A DNA stretch of 64,000 nt. Source: a virus. Lineage: Duplodnaviria > Caudoviricetes. The stretch lies in IMG/VR virus record IMGVR_UViG_3300049792_000048, positions 131,775 to 195,774 of that record; one strand, written 5' to 3'. The notes beneath the pieces are model-generated. The model was not told the origin of the DNA. It did no database searches and saw only the letters and a program-made list of their open reading frames with translations. Shown here one piece after another: positions 26,969 to 36,500 of this stretch; position 1 is the stretch's first letter, and each line of letters starts with the position of its first letter. The translations under genes were made by a program, and so were the position numbers.

Positions 26969-27540
26969 TGCCCGTAAGTCCCGAGATCCAAGAGATCGCG
27001 CAGATCTACGAGATCACCATCCATATAGTCCCCGAGTACTTGTTGTCTCCACGAAGGCCTGACCTCCCAGCTGACGTCAGCACGGCGTTCGGGAACGGGC
27101 TCAACGTGGCGCGGCGAGAGGTGTACCTCTTCGGAGACAACAATGTGGAGTCTCATCTCCACGAGATGATGCACATCATCACGCATCCCGCCGGATGCAA
27201 GCTTTCAGTCGTCAGAGAGAACTGGATGCTCATGCAGTTCGAGCGTGAGCTCGCTCGAAAGATGCTTCCCAACTCCATGTTCCGCCGTGTCGTGTCATGG
27301 CAGCGAGGAACGGAGGCGTCAGATAACAGTGAGCTCTTCGCCAACAAACGTGAGTACTGGCGGGACAAGGGGATGTGGCTGGACGGCCGAGAGCGTGCAG
27401 TGGAGGTGGGCCTGCTCGACAAGAAGGGCTATCCCACCTTCAAGTACCCGACGTGGCCGAGAGACCCCTTCGACATGTACTCGTCGTGGGCAGCGAAGTA
27501 CGACGCGAACTTCTCAGATGTACAGGAGCTCCGCGAGTAG
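26968..27540 (+). CDS. HExxH putative metallopeptidase
   Basis: SHLHEMMH with a downstream Glu. Confidence 0.55.
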   Translation: MPVSPEIQEIAQIYEITIHIVPEYLLSPRRPDLPADVSTAFGNGLNVARREVYLFGDNNVESHLHEMMHIITHPAGCKLSVVRENWMLMQFERELARKMLPNSMFRRVVSWQRGTEASDNSELFANKREYWRDKGMWLDGRERAVEVGLLDKKGYPTFKYPTWPRDPFDMYSSWAAKYDANFSDVQELRE

Positions 27541-27559
27541 CGCGGGGCTCTTTCTTTTT
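27526..27559 (+). terminator. intrinsic terminator
   Basis: GAGCTCCGCG/CGCGGGGCTC followed by TTTCTTTTT. Confidence 0.75.
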
Positions 27560-27569
27560 GGAGGAATAG

Positions 27570-28388
27570 ATGACCGAACGATTCCCTGGGGTGCTCATCA
27601 AACCGAAGAGCGCCAACCGGAAGCTCGGCCCTGTCGATATTGTGCGTGGGCCGACGCTGAAGCGTCCGCGGTTCGTACCGAGGGGGCCGTTCGTAGCTTC
27701 GACCTATGTCTCGATTCGCGGGACGTGCGATGACGTCTGTAAGTTCAAGGACGCCGGATGCTTCGCCGATGCCGGATACACCGGCTTGATGGTTCAGCGC
27801 CTCGACAAGGAGCTGAAGAAGAACAAGGAGAACGTTGGCGTAATCGAAGCAGAGGCAATCGATGCTCTCTTCGTGCGCGGCGTTCCACAGGATGGGGGCA
27901 AGTACGGGAAGACAGGTCGCGACCTCCGTCTTCATGTTAGCGGGGATGCACAGAACGACATCGCCGCGATGGCTCTGTCTGGGGCAGCTATCCGCTACAA
28001 GGGGCGTGGAGGCGGCGTCGTGTGGACGTACACGCACTCTTGGAGACGCATCGTCCGTTCGATCTGGGGGCCCATCCAGGTCCTCGCTTCGGTGGAGACG
28101 GCGAAGGATGCGCACCGAGCTCGCTACCTGAAGGGATACGTTCCAGCTCTGGTGGTGCGTGAGTTCCCGTCGAAGAAGGCGTTCACCATCCCGGACTGTG
28201 ACATCAAGTTCATCCCATGCCCTGCGGAGACGGGTAAGGTGACCTGCACTCAGTGTCGGCTCTGCTTCGACACCGATCGCCTCTACAAAGAGAAGCTTGG
28301 CATCGCCTTCGCTGTGCATGGCAGCGATGGCGTGAAAGCGAAGAAGAAGCTCCCCATCTACGACACACTCTTCGGAGTGATTCCCTGA
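27570..28388 (+). CDS. Gp88-like / radical-SAM-like Cys-cluster protein
   Basis: TCDDVCKFKDAGCFA, LRLHVSGD, WTYTH, CPA...CTQCRLC, FAVHG. Confidence 0.65.
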   Translation: MTERFPGVLIKPKSANRKLGPVDIVRGPTLKRPRFVPRGPFVASTYVSIRGTCDDVCKFKDAGCFADAGYTGLMVQRLDKELKKNKENVGVIEAEAIDALFVRGVPQDGGKYGKTGRDLRLHVSGDAQNDIAAMALSGAAIRYKGRGGGVVWTYTHSWRRIVRSIWGPIQVLASVETAKDAHRARYLKGYVPALVVREFPSKKAFTIPDCDIKFIPCPAETGKVTCTQCRLCFDTDRLYKEKLGIAFAVHGSDGVKAKKKLPIYDTLFGVIP

Positions 28389-28912
28389 TGTTTGCGCGAA
28401 CGATGTACGGTATCGATAAGCTACGGGCGGCCGACCGCGTGCGTATGGTTGGTCGTCGACGTCCGATCCGTTCGTTGGTAGGCGTTGTTCGTCGCCTGCA
28501 TGCAGGTCTCGGGTTCGAGAACAAGGGCGAGGTGGGGCCCACCTTCTACAGCAACAGAGACTTGTTGGACATGTTCGAGGAGTCTCTTCATGAACTCGCC
28601 CATCACGTCTGCTTGATCGGGGATGTAGACCTCGGCCGACGGACCAGGAGCATCAGGGACGAGATCACGGACTTGACTCCTGCTGCTTCAGATGGAAATG
28701 AGCTCGACGCTCTTGCTCTTGAGTTCACCACGGCGTGGTGGTTGGGGCATCCCCTCAACATTCATCGCTATGTGCAGAGTGCATCGAATGGGAACCTCAA
28801 CTACATCCAGGGCAACACAGCACATCGGATAGTTGCTGACCTTCTGGTTGACGCCTCCATCATGAGGATGGGGTTTGAGCTGGCGATGAAGATCCAAAGC
28901 GAGAGGTCGTAG
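28388..28912 (+). CDS. HExxH putative metallopeptidase
   Basis: LHELAH...GNELDA. Confidence 0.55.
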   Translation: MFARTMYGIDKLRAADRVRMVGRRRPIRSLVGVVRRLHAGLGFENKGEVGPTFYSNRDLLDMFEESLHELAHHVCLIGDVDLGRRTRSIRDEITDLTPAASDGNELDALALEFTTAWWLGHPLNIHRYVQSASNGNLNYIQGNTAHRIVADLLVDASIMRMGFELAMKIQSERS

Positions 28913-29616
28913 TGGCGAAGAGGAAAGATCCCGCTGTCGTGGCGGAAGAGCTGGACAAGCGACGAAAGACGCTCGACGGCATCATCGACAACTGCGGGCC
29001 CATCACACACTTGGTTGGTATCGATGAAAGCGGTACCGGTGCGTGGGCGGGGCCCTTCTATCTCAGCGCGGTGCTGGCTCCACGAAGCTGGGACCTGGAA
29101 GGAGTGAAGGACTCAAAGAAGACGACCCCTGAACACAGAGAGAGGATGATCGAGCTGATCGACGACAGCATGAACGTCTTCCATGCCGAAGGGGTGGCAA
29201 ACCCCAGCGACATTGAGAAGCACACGCACGCGGGAGCGTACGTTCGAGCCATGCACTTCGCGATGAAGTCTCTGATGCAGCACTGCAAGGTGTTGCCCAA
29301 GAACCTCGCGATCGTCGTCGACGGTGTGCGGTCTGCGAAGGTCCACGACATGCTCGTGACGTTCGCGTGCATCAACATCTTGTACGTCCCGAAGGCGGAC
29401 GAGTTCGTTCCTCATGTTGGAGCGGCCTCGATCTTCGCCAAGTTCAACAGGGACGTGGAGATGAACTTGCTTGACAAGAAGTTCCCGAGGTACTACTTGA
29501 AGACGTCGGCGGGCTACGGAACAGAAGAGCACGCAGGTGCGATCAAGAAGTACGGTCCCATCCCGCAAGTCCACAGACCCCTCGTTCGAGACCTGAACCT
29601 GAACAAGAAGAAGTAG
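28912..29616 (+). CDS. rnhB: ribonuclease HII
   Basis: GIDESGTGAWAGP, VKDSKK, VVDG, KAD, AASIFAK..RD, GYGT..H. Confidence 0.92.
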   Translation: MAKRKDPAVVAEELDKRRKTLDGIIDNCGPITHLVGIDESGTGAWAGPFYLSAVLAPRSWDLEGVKDSKKTTPEHRERMIELIDDSMNVFHAEGVANPSDIEKHTHAGAYVRAMHFAMKSLMQHCKVLPKNLAIVVDGVRSAKVHDMLVTFACINILYVPKADEFVPHVGAASIFAKFNRDVEMNLLDKKFPRYYLKTSAGYGTEEHAGAIKKYGPIPQVHRPLVRDLNLNKKK

Positions 29617-29625
29617 GAGAGTTCC

Positions 29626-29928
29626 ATGGCGAAAAAGAACACGAAGTCGGCAGCGAAGAAGAAGGCCCCCGCGAAGGCGAAGCTCGGCTCCTCGACCGGC
29701 AGTGGCGATGCGCGCAGCGCGGCCCGCGGTGGCACCGTCGCCGTCGAGCGCTACGCGAAGGACCCCAAGTCCGTCGTGATGCGCCTGAAGGAGAAGGTGA
29801 TCAGCATCGAGAAGCAGGCGGCGAACGCCATCCTGCGCGCCGACAACCAGGGCCTCGACAACCCGCACGTCACGAAGCTGCGCAAGCTGCTCGACGCGAT
29901 CTCGACGACCAAGAAGGTCTTCGCCTGA
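29626..29928 (+). CDS. Lys/Ala-rich basic (histone-like) protein
   Basis: MAKKNTKSAAKKKAPAKAK; AGGAG SD; third positions almost all G/C. Confidence 0.7.
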   Translation: MAKKNTKSAAKKKAPAKAKLGSSTGSGDARSAARGGTVAVERYAKDPKSVVMRLKEKVISIEKQAANAILRADNQGLDNPHVTKLRKLLDAISTTKKVFA

Positions 29929-29933
29929 GCGAC

Positions 29934-30010
29934 GCGGTCGGCTTCGGCCGACTGCCATAGTGAACACGCCCTCCTCGCTGATGCTCAGTGGGGAGGGCGT
30001 GTTCGTTTCT
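29934..30010 (+). terminator. tandem hairpins / terminator
   Basis: UUCG hairpin at 29934-29955 and a 20-bp hairpin at 29962-30004 followed by GTTTCT. Confidence 0.65.
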
Positions 30011-30018
30011 GGAGGTAC

Positions 30019-31035
30019 ATGATGAAGAAGCGAATGGTTCTCTTCGTGTTGGTGATGTTCTCTGCATGCGTGAGCTCCACAGCTCGGGACGCAGGAGCCA
30101 TCAGCATCGACGAGCCTCAGCACCTCGCAGTGAATCCTCAACCCGTGGCGATCCCGGTTCCGGTGCCTGTTCCTACGCCCACGGTCGAGCCAGTAAGCGA
30201 AGTGCGTCTCGTCGACGGGAATGCGCACGACTATCTGCCTCACGAAGTTCACCCCTACCTCCATGCAGCCACGGCTGTGACTCTGGCCCCGCACATGTAT
30301 CCCGATGCGACCAGCTTCCTTCCTGGGGTGCGTCGCCTGTTCTTCTCTTCGTTCAACAGAAACTTCACGGAGGCTCGCCTCATCCGACTGGTTGGTGAGC
30401 GCTGGGAAGAGCTTCATGGTGTTGTCATCCTCGTGCTGTCTCGGATCTGTGTGTCGGAGGCGAACTGGCTGCACGATGAGCTCAAGGATCCGAACGACGA
30501 CGTGAACCATGCCGAGCTGGACTGCCCTGCGATCTATCGTGTCCTTCGTAGGACACGTGCTCGTGGGGAGACCCTGATCGGCACGATGCGTCGGCACGTC
30601 CACTACGTCACGGAGCAGTGGGAACCCCACTCACCGAGAACGCAGTGGCTGGTTGAGCTCAACGCAGACAACACACGCCCTCCGCACTTTCAGGCAACGG
30701 ACTCCGAGGGCCGTCCCCTGAACTGGGATCGCGACTATCGGCCGCGGTGGATCGCGATGCAGCAGTTCGTAACCGAGCTCATTGCTGGTGAGCACCTGGG
30801 CCCATGTGCTGATGCCCCCATCATCGCGTGGGGTGGTCGGTGTGATGATGAAGGTGGTGCATGCGACGACCATCTAGCTGAAGACCGTGGTCTCGTTCCG
30901 TACGAGCACTGTGGGCTGGAGGCGTCGGGTGGGCGTCATCCTGCGAACAGGTTCTGGTGTCGTCCTGGCGAAGAGGGTTGCGACCCTCTTCCAGTGGAGG
31001 AGCCTGAAGTCGAAGTGGTAGCTGAGGTGGATTGA
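30019..31035 (+). CDS. lipoprotein, possibly SleB-like cell-wall hydrolase
   Basis: Lipobox FSAC; LSRICVSEANW...AIYRVL resembles the SleB LAR..AEA...AV..V segment. Confidence 0.55.
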   Translation: MMKKRMVLFVLVMFSACVSSTARDAGAISIDEPQHLAVNPQPVAIPVPVPVPTPTVEPVSEVRLVDGNAHDYLPHEVHPYLHAATAVTLAPHMYPDATSFLPGVRRLFFSSFNRNFTEARLIRLVGERWEELHGVVILVLSRICVSEANWLHDELKDPNDDVNHAELDCPAIYRVLRRTRARGETLIGTMRRHVHYVTEQWEPHSPRTQWLVELNADNTRPPHFQATDSEGRPLNWDRDYRPRWIAMQQFVTELIAGEHLGPCADAPIIAWGGRCDDEGGACDDHLAEDRGLVPYEHCGLEASGGRHPANRFWCRPGEEGCDPLPVEEPEVEVVAEVD

Positions 31036-31037
31036 CC

Positions 31038-31065
31038 AAAGGGGCCTTCGGGCCCCTTTCCTTTT
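31038..31065 (+). terminator. intrinsic terminator
   Basis: AAAGGGGCC-TTCG-GGCCCCTTT followed by CCTTTT. Confidence 0.8.
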
Positions 31066-31072
31066 CTGGGAG

Positions 31073-31288
31073 ATGAGTATGGGAACGTTCACGTTGGAGA
31101 TCGAGTTGGGTGATGATGCGATGCGCAAGCCGTCTCACATCGCGGAGGCGTTGCGCGAGCTTGCCAACAAGTTCGATGAAATGGAATCGAGCACATCGCG
31201 GGAGTCGGGGAAGATTCTCGACGACAACGGCAACTCGTGTGGGGAGTGGGAGTTCGAGAACGAGCCCGAAGAGGATGAGGTGGGGTAG
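31073..31288 (+). CDS. small phage protein (D.NGN.CG.W family)
   Basis: FTLEI...ILDDNGNSCGEW. Confidence 0.7.
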   Translation: MSMGTFTLEIELGDDAMRKPSHIAEALRELANKFDEMESSTSRESGKILDDNGNSCGEWEFENEPEEDEVG

Positions 31289-31308
31289 TAGAACCTCGCG
31301 GAATCCTC

Positions 31309-31327
31309 CTATAAGACAGATAGAAGA
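31309..31327 (+). promoter_or_regulatory. putative phage promoter motif
   Basis: CTATAAGACAGATAGAAGA. Confidence 0.55.
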
Positions 31328-31354
31328 GGCACATCTTCAACTGGAGAATGGAAC

Positions 31355-32593
31355 ATGAACACGAACAAGATCCTCAAGCGGTCGAATCTCATCGACGTCA
31401 TCTTCGCGGCCTTCATGGCGGAGCTCGGAACCACCAAGGTCGAGAACCTCATCGAGTACGCGATGAAGGGGCTCGGGGCGGAGAGCGTGGCGGTCGAAGG
31501 GCTCGAACAGCTCACGGAGCTCCTGGTCGAGCAGCTCGATGCCGACGAGCGCTACAAGGAGCCGGCCAACCAGGAGCGCGGTGGGGCGGGCATGCGCTTT
31601 CTCGCGACCGTGATCACCGCGACGAGGGAGGGCAGCAAGCTCACTCGTCTCGACGCTCTGGGTGAGAGCGAGATCCTGCTCGAAATCCTCGTCAGGCGTG
31701 TTCCTCAGACGACGCTTCGCGAGATCTACGACGACCTCGATCAGAACGTCTCGGTGAAGGCGTCGACAGCGGTCCAGGAGCTCGTCAACGAGATCCGTGA
31801 GCTCTCGCTTCCGAAGGAGGCGATGCTCCGGAAGTTCAAGAAGGAGCTCGACCCGACACTCCAGGGTCCCACCTCGCTCGAACGGCAGCGCGATCGCCCT
31901 CGTGGTGGTCGTGGTGCTGCGAGTGTCTTGGCAGCCCTGACCGCCCTGCTCGGCGATCCGGCAGGAATCACACAGGACGACCTTCCCGAGGAGCTCCGTG
32001 GCCTCTCGGGGATGCCTGGGGTTCGCATCATGCGCCTCGACGAGCTGTTTGGGGGGCGCCCCAGTGCTTCTGCTTTCGAGGACCTCCTCCGGAAGGTCGA
32101 GCAACCTCTGCCGGAGCCCGATGGTTCGGTCACGGTCGGTGACCTCTGGAGCGAGGAGAATCAGACCTTCGGGTTGATTCGCAGCGTCGAGGATTTCCTC
32201 CGGAAGAACCGGCCGAGAACCGATGCAATCAACATGGACGGTGTTCGTGGACTTCCGCTTCGGATGTTCAAGGACCCGAACGAGTTGGCCTCTCGGTTCC
32301 GGGAGGTCTACATGGATGCTCCCGCCATGGGCGAGATGCTGGTGGTTCTCGGTGATCTCATCCATGCCGACACGGTGAAGCGCTACGGGTCGATCGCGGA
32401 GGCCATCGAGACGTTCCTCGCGAAGCATCCCGAGCGTGCGGATGCGGAGCGCAAGGCCTCGGAGCGTGCGGAGATCGTGAACAACGCGGTGAGGAAGGGT
32501 GAGCCCACTCCTGGCTGCGACTGCCCTCCGTGCAACGCCAAGCGTCGTGCGCGTGGTGGTGCCTCGGTCGCCGGGAGCTCGGCGGAGTCCTGA
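31355..32593 (+). CDS. hypothetical protein with C-terminal CxCxxC
   Basis: 412 aa; GCDCPPCNAKRR. Confidence 0.75.
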   Translation: MNTNKILKRSNLIDVIFAAFMAELGTTKVENLIEYAMKGLGAESVAVEGLEQLTELLVEQLDADERYKEPANQERGGAGMRFLATVITATREGSKLTRLDALGESEILLEILVRRVPQTTLREIYDDLDQNVSVKASTAVQELVNEIRELSLPKEAMLRKFKKELDPTLQGPTSLERQRDRPRGGRGAASVLAALTALLGDPAGITQDDLPEELRGLSGMPGVRIMRLDELFGGRPSASAFEDLLRKVEQPLPEPDGSVTVGDLWSEENQTFGLIRSVEDFLRKNRPRTDAINMDGVRGLPLRMFKDPNELASRFREVYMDAPAMGEMLVVLGDLIHADTVKRYGSIAEAIETFLAKHPERADAERKASERAEIVNNAVRKGEPTPGCDCPPCNAKRRARGGASVAGSSAES

Positions 32594-32601
32594 CATTGGT
32601 G

Positions 32602-32639
32602 TGCGGCAGTCCGGTGCCTTCTGGTATCGGACTGCCGCA
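32602..32639 (+). promoter_or_regulatory. 17-bp intergenic hairpin without a U-tract
   Basis: TGCGGCAGTCCGGTGCC-TTCT-GGTATCGGACTGCCGCA. Confidence 0.55.
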
Positions 32640-32665
32640 GCCCACAACACGAAAAGGAAAACCCC

Positions 32666-34747
32666 ATGACTCTCTTTTCTGCTTTCTACTCCATGGTCGC
32701 TGGGTCCTTCCAGAAGATGGTGAAGGACAACACCAACATCTTCGTCGCCGACTTGGATGGCGACGTCCTCTGGGCGAAGTACCTCGCTGCCTTCCCTCCT
32801 GGCACCGATCCCATCTTCAAGACGCGCACCGAGCACGACTGCTCGTGCTGCAAGCAGTTCATTCGTCGAGCAGGCTGTGTTGTCACCATCTCGAACGGGA
32901 ATGTGACCACCGTCTGGGACAAGGCTGTCGAGCAGGCGTCGGCGGAGCCGTACGGTGTCGTCGCGACAGCACTTCAGCAGGCTCTACACTCCGTGGGCAT
33001 CCGCGACCTCTTCCGCGTCGGCAAGAACGAGGCGCAGTTCGGGGCTGTACAGACGCGCCAGCTCGACAAGGCAACGGAGAAGGTTCTGATCTGGAACCAC
33101 TTCCACACCGGAGAGATCCCGCGTGGTCTCCGTTCGGCAACTCCCGATGCGGATTGTGGCAACTACCGAACGACGGTCCAAGTCTTCGAGCGTGGGCTCA
33201 CCGAGTTGGCACCGGATGCAGTTGATACCGTCTTGTCCCTGATCCAGGCCAACAGCCTGTATCGCGGTGACGAGCACAAGCGCGCCGTCATCGAGTTCCA
33301 GAAGATGCAGCGCGACTTCATCTCGAAGGACAAGCGAGAGCGTTCTCTCTTCGTGTGGGCGAATGCCAACAGCCCCGCGGCTCGGTTCCGCAACACCGTC
33401 ATCGGGACATTGGTTCAGGAGCTTTCCGAGGGGAAGGGACTCGACCATGCGGTGAGTGCATTCGAGTCGAAGGTGGCTCCGCAGAATTACAAGCGGACGA
33501 CTGCTCTCATCACTCCCGGAATGGTGAAGAAGGCGATGGAGACCATCGAGTCGCTGGGGCTCGAACCAGCTCTCGAACGCCGGTTCGCCACCATCAGTGA
33601 CGTGTCGGTGAACGACGTGAAGTGGGTCGATGGTGCCGCTCGCCCGCTCATGAAGGGCGGGATCGGTGACGTCCTCATGCAGCATGCTGCAACGACGACC
33701 CGGGCCTCGACGAAGGACGAGGAACGTGCTGAAGCCATCTCGCTCGACGACTTCATGACGAAGGTCCTTCCCGAGACGCAGGCTATGGAGATGTTCTTCA
33801 CGGGAAAGCACCTCGGGAACTTGATGGCTCTGACGGCGCCGGTTCATCCGGAGCCGAAGCAGCTCTTCAAGTGGAACAACGACTTCGGGTGGTCCTATGG
33901 GGGCAACGTCGCCGACTCCATCAAGGAACGCGTGAAGAAGGCCGGCGGCAAGGTGGACGGCGCGGCGCTCCGGATCTCGCTGTCCTGGTTCAACTACGAC
34001 GACCTGGATCTGCATGTCTTCGAGCCGCAGGGCCGCGGGATGCGCGGCTTGCCGGGGCAGCACATCCACTTCCGCAACAAGGTCGGCTGGACCGGAGGCA
34101 CTCTCGACGTCGACATGAATGCCGGCGGCGGTAATACACGCGAGGCCGTCGAGAACATCGTGTGGCCGACCCGACCACCGGATGGTCCGTACAGGATCAT
34201 CGTGAATAACTTCGCCCAGCGCGAGACCAACAACCCCGGGTTCGTCATCGAGACGGAGTGCGGCGGTAAGCTCGCACACTACTCGTTCAACAAGCAGGTC
34301 CGAAACCAGCAGGACATCACGGTTGCGACGCTGCACGTGAAGAATGGCGTCATCGAAAGTGTCGAGGTGGGCGATCCCGGCATCACGGCCGCGAACATCT
34401 CGCAGAAGAAGTGGGGCCTGACGACCGAGCGCTTGGTCAAGGTCAACATGGTGATGCTCAGCCCGAACTACTGGGGTGACAACGCCGTGGGGAACAAGCA
34501 CACGTTCTTCGTGCTGGAGGGTGCGAAGAGCGACGAGGACATGCGTGGGTTCTACAACGAGTTCCTCCACTCGCGTCTCGAAGAGCACCGAAAGGTGTTC
34601 GAGGTCATCGGCGACAAGACCAAGTGCCGTCCCACCGACGGGCATCTGGCAGGTCTGGGCTTCTCGTCCACCAAGCCGGACGAGGTTCTCGTCCGTGTTC
34701 AGCAGGGCAAGAAGCAGCGCATCATCAACATCTACATCGGCGTCTGA
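32666..34747 (+). CDS. large phage protein with HDCxCC N-domain and YfaP/DUF2135-like domain
   Basis: HDCSCCKQFIR; LSWFNYDDLDLHVFEP...LDVDMNAG...AVENIVW. Confidence 0.8.
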   Translation: MTLFSAFYSMVAGSFQKMVKDNTNIFVADLDGDVLWAKYLAAFPPGTDPIFKTRTEHDCSCCKQFIRRAGCVVTISNGNVTTVWDKAVEQASAEPYGVVATALQQALHSVGIRDLFRVGKNEAQFGAVQTRQLDKATEKVLIWNHFHTGEIPRGLRSATPDADCGNYRTTVQVFERGLTELAPDAVDTVLSLIQANSLYRGDEHKRAVIEFQKMQRDFISKDKRERSLFVWANANSPAARFRNTVIGTLVQELSEGKGLDHAVSAFESKVAPQNYKRTTALITPGMVKKAMETIESLGLEPALERRFATISDVSVNDVKWVDGAARPLMKGGIGDVLMQHAATTTRASTKDEERAEAISLDDFMTKVLPETQAMEMFFTGKHLGNLMALTAPVHPEPKQLFKWNNDFGWSYGGNVADSIKERVKKAGGKVDGAALRISLSWFNYDDLDLHVFEPQGRGMRGLPGQHIHFRNKVGWTGGTLDVDMNAGGGNTREAVENIVWPTRPPDGPYRIIVNNFAQRETNNPGFVIETECGGKLAHYSFNKQVRNQQDITVATLHVKNGVIESVEVGDPGITAANISQKKWGLTTERLVKVNMVMLSPNYWGDNAVGNKHTFFVLEGAKSDEDMRGFYNEFLHSRLEEHRKVFEVIGDKTKCRPTDGHLAGLGFSSTKPDEVLVRVQQGKKQRIINIYIGV

Positions 34748-34780
34748 TCCATCACCCACAACAAGAAAGAGAACAAGAAC

Positions 34781-35194
34781 ATGTCCGAAAACATCAGCCT
34801 CTTCGAGTCCGCCACCCGCAAGAAGTTCCGCTTCGCGTCCCCGCGTGGCGAGCTCACCGTCGAACAGCTCTGGGACGTCCCGTTGCTCTCGTCCGATGGG
34901 CTCAACCTCGATTCCATCGCGAAGGCCGTCAACAAGGACCTCAAGGCGGCGACCGAGGAGAGCTTCGTGGCGACGGGGCGGAGCCCGGCTCACGGCGTCA
35001 TCGAGGCGAAGCTCAACATCGTCAAGCGCGTCATCGAGGTCAAGCTCAACGAGCAGGCGGAGGCGAAGAAGCGCGCGGAGAACAAGGCCAAGAGGGACAA
35101 GCTCATCGGAGCTCTCGCGGCGAAGCAGGATGGTAAGTTCGAGAAGATGTCGGAGAAGCAGCTCTTCGCGGAGCTCGACGCACTCGACGACTAA
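34781..35194 (+). CDS. phage coiled-coil protein
   Basis: RKKFRFASPRGELTVEQLWDVPL...LNLDSIA. Confidence 0.8.
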   Translation: MSENISLFESATRKKFRFASPRGELTVEQLWDVPLLSSDGLNLDSIAKAVNKDLKAATEESFVATGRSPAHGVIEAKLNIVKRVIEVKLNEQAEAKKRAENKAKRDKLIGALAAKQDGKFEKMSEKQLFAELDALDD

Positions 35195-35231
35195 GCCGTG
35201 CCGCGCTCATTGGCGCGCCAACAAGAAGTAG

Positions 35232-35260
35232 GAGATGGGCGGGTAACCGCCCTTCTCTTT
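35232..35260 (+). terminator. intrinsic terminator
   Basis: GGGCGG-GTAA-CCGCCC followed by TTCTCTTT. Confidence 0.65.
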
Positions 35261-35264
35261 GCCC

Positions 35265-35281
35265 CTATCAGTAGGATGAAG
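35265..35281 (+). promoter_or_regulatory. putative phage promoter motif
   Basis: CTATCAGTAGGATGAAG directly after the terminator. Confidence 0.55.
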
Positions 35282-35294
35282 ACATGAACTTCCA

Positions 35295-36500
35295 GTGGAG
35301 AACAAGATGAAGTACACGTACGCCCCGCTCTACAAGGAGACCAGCACAGGAGCAATCCAGAAATGGTGGATGGAGCAGGATGGGGCGAAATATCGCTCCC
35401 ATAGCGGTCAGATCGAGGGGAAGATCACGACATCAGCTTGGACCGATGCGAAGCCGAAGAATGTGGGGCGCTCGAATGCCACCACCGGTGAGCAGCAGGC
35501 CAGCTCCGAAGTCGACTCCGAGTACGAGTTGAAGCGCAAGAAGGGCTACCGCGATTCGCCGCAGTCGGCGAAGGAGTCGGAGCGCTTCCAGTGCATGCTG
35601 GCCGAGCACTACAACCAGAAGGCCAAGGAGGCGGATGCCTCGTATGCAAAGAGGATGGCCAAGATCTTCGCAGCCGATGGCCAGGTTCTTGGTGACGCCC
35701 TCTACGTTCAGCCGAAGCTGGATGGCATCCGCTGCATCGCAAATAAGAACGGCTTGTGGTCGCGCGAAGGCAATCCGATCTTGGCGGTTCCCCACATCTT
35801 CGAGATGATCTCGCCCATCTTCAAGTCGAGGCCGGACGTCATTCTCGATGGTGAGCTCTACAATCACGAGCTCAAGTACGACTTCAACAAGATCGTGTCG
35901 TTGGTCAAGAAGCAGAAGCCATCTGCCGATGACCTCCTACTCTCGTCCGCGATGGTCCAGTACTGGGTGTACGACTGTCTGATCGAGAACAGGCAGGCCA
36001 ACTTCTTCGAGAGGTACGATCAGCTCATCCGGATGCAGCACGTGGTTGTGGACAACCACATCCGGGACGCATTCGTGCGGGTGCTGACGTACCCTGCATT
36101 CTTCCGTGAGGATGTGGACGCCTTCTATGACGTCTTCCTCGAAGAGGGTTACGAAGGCGGCATGGTCCGCAAGAACGTCCCGTACGAGAACAAGCGGACT
36201 TACTCGTTGCTGAAACGCAAGGAGAAGTTGGACGCCGAGTTCAAGATCATCTCTTTCGAGGAGGGGGTCGGCAACGCCGCGGGGATGGCGAAGATCGCTC
36301 ACATGGAGATTGTCATCGGTGGGAAGAAGGACACCTTCAAGGCTGATGTCTGTGGGACTCGCGAGGAGTGCAGGCTGTACCTGGAGCACGCCACCAAGTA
36401 CGAGGGCAAGCAAGCCACTATCGAGTTCCAGAACTACACACCTGATGGCAAGCCGCGGTTCCCGAAACTGAAGGTGGCGCATCTGACAAAGAGGTGGTGA
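35295..36500 (+). CDS. lig: ATP-dependent DNA ligase
   Basis: QPKLDGIRC (motif I), LDGELY, GYEGGMVR, LLKRK, RFP. Confidence 0.93.
   Translation: MENKMKYTYAPLYKETSTGAIQKWWMEQDGAKYRSHSGQIEGKITTSAWTDAKPKNVGRSNATTGEQQASSEVDSEYELKRKKGYRDSPQSAKESERFQCMLAEHYNQKAKEADASYAKRMAKIFAADGQVLGDALYVQPKLDGIRCIANKNGLWSREGNPILAVPHIFEMISPIFKSRPDVILDGELYNHELKYDFNKIVSLVKKQKPSADDLLLSSAMVQYWVYDCLIENRQANFFERYDQLIRMQHVVVDNHIRDAFVRVLTYPAFFREDVDAFYDVFLEEGYEGGMVRKNVPYENKRTYSLLKRKEKLDAEFKIISFEEGVGNAAGMAKIAHMEIVIGGKKDTFKADVCGTREECRLYLEHATKYEGKQATIEFQNYTPDGKPRFPKLKVAHLTKRW

Noticed and set aside
29113-34993. Long minus-strand ORFs (e.g. 29113-30630, 31337-32836, 32984-34993; also 10910-12313 and 38946-40280)
   Set aside because: They are antisense shadows of GC3-biased plus-strand genes, with no motifs and unnatural composition.
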